A stretch of DNA of 64,000 bases from a virus (Duplodnaviria > Caudoviricetes), in IMG/VR virus record IMGVR_UViG_3300048502_000077, positions 2,665-66,664 of that record; one strand, given 5' to 3'. Numbering within the stretch: position 1 is the stretch's first letter; each line of letters opens with the position of its first letter. A program made the translations under genes and the position numbers. Shown here piece by piece: positions 58,294 to 64,000 of the stretch. Under the pieces are notes generated by a model. The model worked only from the letters and a program-made list of their open reading frames with translations. It had not been told where the DNA came from and did not search any database.

Positions 58294-58985
58294 TGGCCAA
58301 CGTCGCCTACTCCACCCAAGTCGCCTACCTGCAGCTTTTGCTGACTGGCCAGCTGTGGCCCGGCATCGCGCAAGTCCCGGACATCGGCCCGACGACCGAT
58401 TTTTATCTGAGCCTGTACAACGCATGGCCCGGTCAAGGCGGCAACCAGACCACCAACGAGACCGCCTACTCCAACTACACGCGCATGCTCGTGCCGCGCA
58501 GTATCGACGGGTTCAGTGTCGATGCCACACCGCCGGTCACCGGCCTTCTGGCCGAAGAGATCACATTCCCGCAGTGTGGCGTCAGCGGCGATACGCTGCT
58601 GTTCTGGGGGCTCGGGCTGTCAGCCAGTGGCTATGGCCAGTTGCTCATGGCGGGGCCATTGGGCGGCGGCCCAAGCCTTTTTACGGCCACCGAGGCGAGT
58701 CCAGGCGTCCTCACCTCGCCGAACGTGAGCCCGAGCGTGAACGCGCAGGTGGCATGTTTCAGTACCGGATTCTCGACGCTGCCAGGTGGCGTGACTGAGG
58801 GCGTGCCGTATTACGTCGGCACTGTGTCTGGGGCGCAAATCACGCTGTCCACGACGCCCAATAACGAAAATCCAGTGACCACATCCTCGATCGGCGCTGG
58901 ATTTCTGATGCAGCTTGCGCCACTGGTGGTTTCAAACGGCGTGACGCCGCAGTTTGCGCCGAATTCGCTGGTGATTCTGCCGTGA
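58293..58985 (+). CDS. Virion structural (fibre/collar-type) protein with an FCCH-like insert
   Basis: YLSL..A.PG..G.QTTNE..Y..Y.R..V.R...GF.V; I.FP.C..SG.T....G.G...SG.G.LL..G; V..GVTP.F. The insert is T.ASP.V.T...LP.G..EG..YYV......TLS.T. Confidence 0.65.
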   Translation: MANVAYSTQVAYLQLLLTGQLWPGIAQVPDIGPTTDFYLSLYNAWPGQGGNQTTNETAYSNYTRMLVPRSIDGFSVDATPPVTGLLAEEITFPQCGVSGDTLLFWGLGLSASGYGQLLMAGPLGGGPSLFTATEASPGVLTSPNVSPSVNAQVACFSTGFSTLPGGVTEGVPYYVGTVSGAQITLSTTPNNENPVTTSSIGAGFLMQLAPLVVSNGVTPQFAPNSLVILP

Positions 58986-59001
58986 GCACCGGGCCAGAAT
59001 A

Positions 59002-59517
59002 GTGGGAAACCTCACCGCTCACGGCGCAGGAATCGGCGCGTGCTACGCCACGGCCGCCTCGCTGTCGCCCACATTCGGCTATGCGACCGTCATCGCCCTG
59101 AGTCAGTCTGGCGCGCAGGCGGCTGAGTCCTCCTACGTCGCAGGCAGCGCCGTACAGGTACAAGCCTCGTACTTCGATCAGTACGGCAATCCGCTGATCC
59201 CGGCATCGGTCAAGTGGACGCTGATGCAGATGAGCGATGCGGTCGTTGACTGCTGCAATGAGCTGACGCCATGGGTATCGATTACCCCTGCGGCCGTGAA
59301 CCTGATCTCGGTGCCGGCCGCTAAAAATACGATGGTCTCGTACTCGCGCCAGTCGGAGCGTCACGCCGTGCTGGTGCAGATCATCGACGCAGCTGGCAAC
59401 GTCAATTACGCGCGCGGTGTATTCACGGTGACGCGAGTGTGCGGGGCGCCGTTGACGCTTCAGGCGCGGGGCGAGACAGCGAGCGTTGGCGCTGAATACG
59501 CGAGAGTGGGGCACTGA
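59002..59517 (+). CDS. Virion structural protein
   Basis: Y..GS....A.(Y/F).D..G..L.P.SV.W.L; I.PA....I.(V/I)P...N.M......E.H.V.V. Confidence 0.55.
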   Translation: MGNLTAHGAGIGACYATAASLSPTFGYATVIALSQSGAQAAESSYVAGSAVQVQASYFDQYGNPLIPASVKWTLMQMSDAVVDCCNELTPWVSITPAAVNLISVPAAKNTMVSYSRQSERHAVLVQIIDAAGNVNYARGVFTVTRVCGAPLTLQARGETASVGAEYARVGH

Positions 59518-61151
59518 TGGGTGTCTACACCGGCATATCAATCGATGGTGGACTTGGCAACGGATTGCCAGGAGGTCAGACGCCATTGGGCCAAGTACTC
59601 ATGGCAGATTCAATCGAGCCAGGGTCAGAACCGTCATATCAACTTTGCAAACTGATCTATCTGTACCATCCCCTCGGCGCCAAGATGGCCGAAGCCCCCA
59701 TCAACATGGCGCAGCGCCAGCAGCGCGTCATCGCCATTCAGGAGGCGCCCTCCGAGGTTGCTGAGGCCTACACCAAGCAATGGGCTGCTGATGCGTACGA
59801 TACATCGATCCATAACGCAGCACGCATTCCGCGCATCTACGGCATTGGCGCATTGACACTGGGCGCGGAGAATCCAGACGGCACGGCGATGCCTACAAAT
59901 GTGCCGATTGAGATGACGGAGATTTGGCAGAAGCGCATTTTCTTCAACGTCATGGATCCGTTGAATACGTCCGGCTCTCTTGTGCTGAATCAGATTCCGA
60001 ATGCGCCGGACTTCAACAAGCCTAAAGGCGTCACGGTACAGGGGCAGTCGTACCATCCTTCGCGATTCGTCGTAATGCTGAACGAGGAACCGATCTACAT
60101 CAGTTACACCTCATCGGCATTTGGATTCGTCGGGAGATCCGTCTATCAGCGCGCGCTGTTCCCGCTCAAGACTTTCATTCGATTCATGATCGCGGATGAC
60201 ATGATCGCGACGAAGCTTGCGCTGCTGGTGGCGAAGCGCAAATCGCCAGGTTCTGTCGTAGATCAGGTCATGCAGAATGTCGGCGCAGCGGTGCGCTGGC
60301 TGCTGAAGATGGCACAGAGCGGCAACGTGCTGCAGATCGACATCGATGAGGAAATTGAAACCCTCAACATGCAGAACGTGGACGGTGCAGGGACGTATGC
60401 CCGCACGAACTGCATCAAGAACGTCGCGACTGCCGGAGACATGCCTGCAGTACTTCTGGAAAACGAGACCCTGGTGTCGGGCTTCGGCGAAGGCACGGAG
60501 GATGCGAAGAATATTGCAGGGTACGTGGACCGCATTCGCATTTGGATGGCGCCGCTCTACGCATTTTGCGACAACGTGTGTCAATACCGCGCATGGAATC
60601 CCAAGTTCTACGAGACGATCCAGGCGAAGTATCCGGATCAGTATGGCGCGGTTTCGTATGACGAGGCATTTTTGAAGTGGCGAGCGGCATTCAGTGCAAC
60701 ATGGCCGGAGGTCATGAAGGAGCCGGAATCGGAGCTTGCGGCCGTCGATAAAATTAAGTTTGAAGCCGTCATCGCCGCTGCCGAAGTGCTACTGCCGTTG
60801 CTCGATCCGAAGAATCAGGCCACCGTCATGGAGTGGATCACCGATTGCCTCGCCGACAACAAGCGCCTCTTCCCGCACTCATTGGAACTCGACTTTGAAG
60901 AATTGCAGTCCCATCTCGAGGAACAGAAACAACAAGCAGACGAGATGGCTCAGTCCGCCATGCAGGCGCCGGAAGGCGAGGAAGGCGGCGCGCAAGAACC
61001 GGACGGCCTATCCAAGAAATTCGGCAAATTCGATTCAGTGACGCCGCTGCGTCGTTTGACACGCTTCCGCTCTGCCGTCGATGACTATCAGGCAACCGCA
61101 CGGCGCAGGCAGGAACGGCAGGCCGCGCGCACGCGCGAGGCAATAGTGTGA
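59517..61151 (+). CDS. Portal protein (DUF1073-like, Bcep781 type)
   Basis: L.A..I.PG..PSYQLCK.IY.YHPLG.K(M/L).E.PI..A; LDPLNT.GSLVLNQ.PN.PDF.K; Y.SSAFG..GRSVYQRAL.PLK.F. Sits between TerL and MuF. Confidence 0.88.
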   Translation: MGVYTGISIDGGLGNGLPGGQTPLGQVLMADSIEPGSEPSYQLCKLIYLYHPLGAKMAEAPINMAQRQQRVIAIQEAPSEVAEAYTKQWAADAYDTSIHNAARIPRIYGIGALTLGAENPDGTAMPTNVPIEMTEIWQKRIFFNVMDPLNTSGSLVLNQIPNAPDFNKPKGVTVQGQSYHPSRFVVMLNEEPIYISYTSSAFGFVGRSVYQRALFPLKTFIRFMIADDMIATKLALLVAKRKSPGSVVDQVMQNVGAAVRWLLKMAQSGNVLQIDIDEEIETLNMQNVDGAGTYARTNCIKNVATAGDMPAVLLENETLVSGFGEGTEDAKNIAGYVDRIRIWMAPLYAFCDNVCQYRAWNPKFYETIQAKYPDQYGAVSYDEAFLKWRAAFSATWPEVMKEPESELAAVDKIKFEAVIAAAEVLLPLLDPKNQATVMEWITDCLADNKRLFPHSLELDFEELQSHLEEQKQQADEMAQSAMQAPEGEEGGAQEPDGLSKKFGKFDSVTPLRRLTRFRSAVDDYQATARRRQERQAARTREAIV

Positions 61152-62008
61152 GAGTCACGAGCCCCCGCCAACAGTTCTACGCCGTCGTCAATTCGGCCAT
61201 GGACGATTTCAACGAGCATGGCTTTGACAGCCAGGCGCGGTTGGATAAGTGGCTGGACGCAATCCGCGTCGCCGCTCGCGCAGCCTTGATACCCGAGGCG
61301 CAACTCAATCAATTGGTGCGCGCATCGTTGATGAAGTCGTTTACGCGCTCGCTGTCGAAGACTCGGTTGCAGCGCGCGCATCCGGGATTGAGTCAGTTCA
61401 CGATTGAGAGCATCAAGCCGAAACTGCGCGGCGAGTTGGATCGGCGCATCATGGCGTCGGCAAATTTGATCAAGTTGAATCGAACGGCGTCGATTGAGAA
61501 GACGTTGCAGCGGTTTAGCGGCTGGGCGACATCAATACCCATCGGCGGCAGCAACGTCAGCGATATCGATGAGACGCGCCGCATTCGCAAAGGCATCGCC
61601 GGCCTCAGTTTCGAGGATCGTCGCGTTTCCATTGATCAGGGCCATAAACTCAACGCCGCCATCAACGACATTATCGCCACAGACGGCGGTGCGATTGCCT
61701 ATCGCTGGAAGCACGTCAACGAGGCGAACTATGACGCGCGTCCTGAGCACGAGGCGCGCGACGATGAGATATTCGTCATCCGCGGTAACTGGGCTATCAC
61801 GGCGGGATTGATGAAACTCGCGGGTCGCAAATATTCTGATCAGATCGATGCGCCGGCACAAAAGCCGTTCTGCCGCTGCACGGCCGTCTACGTGTATTCA
61901 GTCGGAGATCTGCCACGCGACATGCTCACCGAAAAAGGCGCGGAGTCGCTGCGCATCGCCCGCGCCGCGATCACGCGCGCGAATCACAGGTTTGTCGCAT
62001 ATGGCTAA
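61148..62008 (+). CDS. Minor head protein (Mu gpF/SPP1 gp7-like)
   Basis: L..ELDRRI.ASA.LIKLNR..SI..TL.RF.GW.TSIP.GG; DQ.HKL...I..I.A..GGAI...W; Y..R..H..RD; PA..PFCRC...Y. Confidence 0.85.
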   Translation: MRVTSPRQQFYAVVNSAMDDFNEHGFDSQARLDKWLDAIRVAARAALIPEAQLNQLVRASLMKSFTRSLSKTRLQRAHPGLSQFTIESIKPKLRGELDRRIMASANLIKLNRTASIEKTLQRFSGWATSIPIGGSNVSDIDETRRIRKGIAGLSFEDRRVSIDQGHKLNAAINDIIATDGGAIAYRWKHVNEANYDARPEHEARDDEIFVIRGNWAITAGLMKLAGRKYSDQIDAPAQKPFCRCTAVYVYSVGDLPRDMLTEKGAESLRIARAAITRANHRFVAYG

Positions 62009-62165
62009 GCCCCTTCCCGAGCGCAATGACCGCGCTGCGCAGTTGTTTGCGAAAGGCATCACGTATTCGCAGATCGGCGAACGGCTGGGCATAAGCCGTC
62101 TGGCTGCGCGCGCGGCCGTACGGCAGGTACGCAGAAAGAAAAAGCTGTCCATACCATGCCCTTAG
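62001..62165 (+). CDS. Small HTH protein (sigma region 4-like)
   Basis: RN..A..L...G.TY.QIG.RLGISR..AR.AV. Confidence 0.55.
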   Translation: MAKPLPERNDRAAQLFAKGITYSQIGERLGISRLAARAAVRQVRRKKKLSIPCP

Positions 62166-64000
62166 CCGCCGGCTCAAGCCGCAAGACAGTTGAATCGAAT
62201 ATTCACGAGATGGTCGCCGCAGGGCACCCCGTGAAGCAAGCCGTCGCTGCGGCGCTGAGCAATGCGGATTCGCAAGATCCACGCAAAGCCGCCGGCATCA
62301 TGTTTGAAGATCCCGCTGGCCGTGTGTTGCTGATGAAGCGCGCGGGTGGCGATCACAATGGCGAGTGGGCTTTTCCATTTGGAGGTATCGAAGATGACGA
62401 CGAATCCGCCGAATCCGCCGCAAGGCGAGAGTGCCGAGAAGAAACAGGCCATAACCATGCCGGCCCACTCACAGAGTGGACACGTCGCATCCGAGATGGT
62501 GTCGATGCGCGGTGTTTTAAGGCCTCGCCGGATGAAGCGTTCACGCCGACGCTGAACGATGAGCACAGCGAATGGCAGTGGGTTGATCGCAAGCAAGCGC
62601 TCGATTCACTGCCGCTGCATCCAGGCGTACGGATCTCGCTGCTACGCGCGGACATGGATGAACTGGCGGTCGCCAAAGCCATCCGCGATGGCGAGCTCGC
62701 CGGCCCCATCCAATATGTCAATGTCATGCTGGTGGCGATACGCCTCACCGGCACCGGTGCTGCCTATCGCACCGAGACCGAAGAATTCGTTTGGCGCGAT
62801 CCGTCGATTTACCTCAACGACAACTTCGTGCAGCGGTGCAATGGATTGCCGGTAATTCTCGATCATCCGGTGACGCCCGATGGCGAGCCGATGCAGTTCC
62901 TGAACTCAGAAGAATTCCGCAAACGCATCGTCGGCACGGTATTTCTCCCGTACCTCGCGGGCGATGAGGTGTGGGCAATTGCGAAAATCTTTGACACAAC
63001 CGCGCAGGAAATCATTTGTGTCAAACAAATTTCCACCTCACCGTGTGTAGTATTTCGCCGCGTTGAGGTAGGATCGCGCTACGAACTTGAAGGCGGCGAG
63101 CAAATTCTCGTTGAAGGCAAACCGCTTTTACTGGATCACGTCGCGCTGTGTGGTCTTGGAGTCTGGGACAAGTTGGGGCCGCCCACCGGTGTTCTGGTCG
63201 ACAACACAGACGACATTGAAACGCACGCTGACTCAACGAAGGAAGTCGCACAGATGGATGAACCTGTTACTGCAATGCCGGATGCCGGCGCGAGTGTCGA
63301 AGGCACACAGCATGGCGAAAAGCTCGATGCCATCCTCAAGGGCATGGGCGATCTGAAGGCCAGCCATGACTCCTTCCGCACCGAGATGAGCGCGAAACAT
63401 GACGCGCTGTGCGGTCGCATGGATGCTTTCGAGAAGGGCAAGGAAGGCGCAGTTGCAGCCACTCCGGCCGAGCCCGCAGAGCCGGTTGCGGCAGTGGGCA
63501 CTACCGCGGATTCTGGCGCGGCGCTTGAGCCGACCGTGACCGACAAGGGCGCGCTCAAGGAAGAGCGCGAAGAGAACCATCTCGCGATGAACGATGCCAT
63601 CAAGACCGCACTGGCACCGCACATCGCCGACAACGCCAAATTGCGCCAGCAGATCGCAGCGCTCGCCGCTCGCGTGCCGGCCGATCTGCCGCCGGTTGAA
63701 CGTGCCAAGTACAGCCGTCACCAGATGGACGCCGAGCGCGTCTATCAGGCCTTCGGCGATGGCGCGGCTCCCGGCCCGCTCGCAGGGGAGTCGCTGTTCA
63801 ACTATCGCAGTCGCCTCATGGCGCCATACCTCAAGCACAGTCCGAAGTTCAAGTCAGTTGACTTGGGCAAACAGACTCCCGAGTCGCTGGACGTATTGGA
63901 AGTCGCGGTATATTCGGACGCGATGGTGGCTGCGTGCAGCCCCACGGTCGGCGACACCATCGGACGGCTGCGCATAGTACTCTGCGTTGATACCACTGCT
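62156..64000 (+). CDS. Head maturation protease/scaffold (DUF2213-like) with an N-terminal Nudix hydrolase domain; 3' partial
   Basis: A single frame from ATG 62156 to the window end, so it is absent from the ORF track. MPL..GSS...I..NI.EM..AGHP..QAVAAAL; Nudix box G-IEDDD-E-SAESAAR-RE-C-R-EE-T-G; RITGTG.AYR-like, RCNGLPVI..HP, STSP.V, LLDH.A.C..GVWDK.G.P.GV; scaffold-like coiled tail. Confidence 0.8.
   Translation, partial: MPLAAGSSRKTVESNIHEMVAAGHPVKQAVAAALSNADSQDPRKAAGIMFEDPAGRVLLMKRAGGDHNGEWAFPFGGIEDDDESAESAARRECREETGHNHAGPLTEWTRRIRDGVDARCFKASPDEAFTPTLNDEHSEWQWVDRKQALDSLPLHPGVRISLLRADMDELAVAKAIRDGELAGPIQYVNVMLVAIRLTGTGAAYRTETEEFVWRDPSIYLNDNFVQRCNGLPVILDHPVTPDGEPMQFLNSEEFRKRIVGTVFLPYLAGDEVWAIAKIFDTTAQEIICVKQISTSPCVVFRRVEVGSRYELEGGEQILVEGKPLLLDHVALCGLGVWDKLGPPTGVLVDNTDDIETHADSTKEVAQMDEPVTAMPDAGASVEGTQHGEKLDAILKGMGDLKASHDSFRTEMSAKHDALCGRMDAFEKGKEGAVAATPAEPAEPVAAVGTTADSGAALEPTVTDKGALKEEREENHLAMNDAIKTALAPHIADNAKLRQQIAALAARVPADLPPVERAKYSRHQMDAERVYQAFGDGAAPGPLAGESLFNYRSRLMAPYLKHSPKFKSVDLGKQTPESLDVLEVAVYSDAMVAACSPTVGDTIGRLRIVLCVDTTA

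Noticed and set aside
1-64000. Prophage with flanking host DNA, integrase or att sites
   Set aside because: No housekeeping genes or integrase were recognised; the window is phage from end to end. Lifestyle cannot be decided without the missing segment.

Overview
The whole window is one tailed-phage sequence, a contractile-tailed myovirus with Bcep781/Bcep1-like morphogenesis genes. It covers most of a circularly permuted genome; only the capsid/neck block appears to fall outside it. Gene order: neck and accessory fibre genes (1-7.8 kb), sheath/HEG/tube/chaperone/tape measure/baseplate/fibres (7.8-22.4 kb), lysis-type cassette with a DUF5675 endolysin, papain-like protease and class-3 lipase (22.4-25.6 kb), an orphan tailspike (26-28.4 kb), a long leftward early region of small ORFs (28.4-43.3 kb), a rightward recombination/replication region (43.4-55.7 kb), then terminase, portal, MuF and a Nudix-containing head protease/scaffold (55.8-64 kb). 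The top finding is at 48.3-49.6 kb: a stand-alone RAMP/Cas7-like gene, immediately followed by a non-coding array of 15 tandem 5-nt GG(Y)NN units and an accessory ORF. This looks like a compact phage RNA-guided system with a gapped, non-contiguous guide code; from memory it resembles the recently reported VIPR systems, which I have not verified. Other highlights: six fibre/lectin/tailspike genes with Sec signal peptides, all cleaved before Gln and sharing Cys-paired modules; a 17-bp dyad operator in four sigma70 promoters; an antisense/attenuator-like RNA upstream of the primase; and a lipase but no recognisable spanins. Several conserved genes carry single-base indels, so the sequence probably has long-read errors and apparent frameshifts should not be read as pseudogenes. 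Family assignments come from motif recognition, not database searches.
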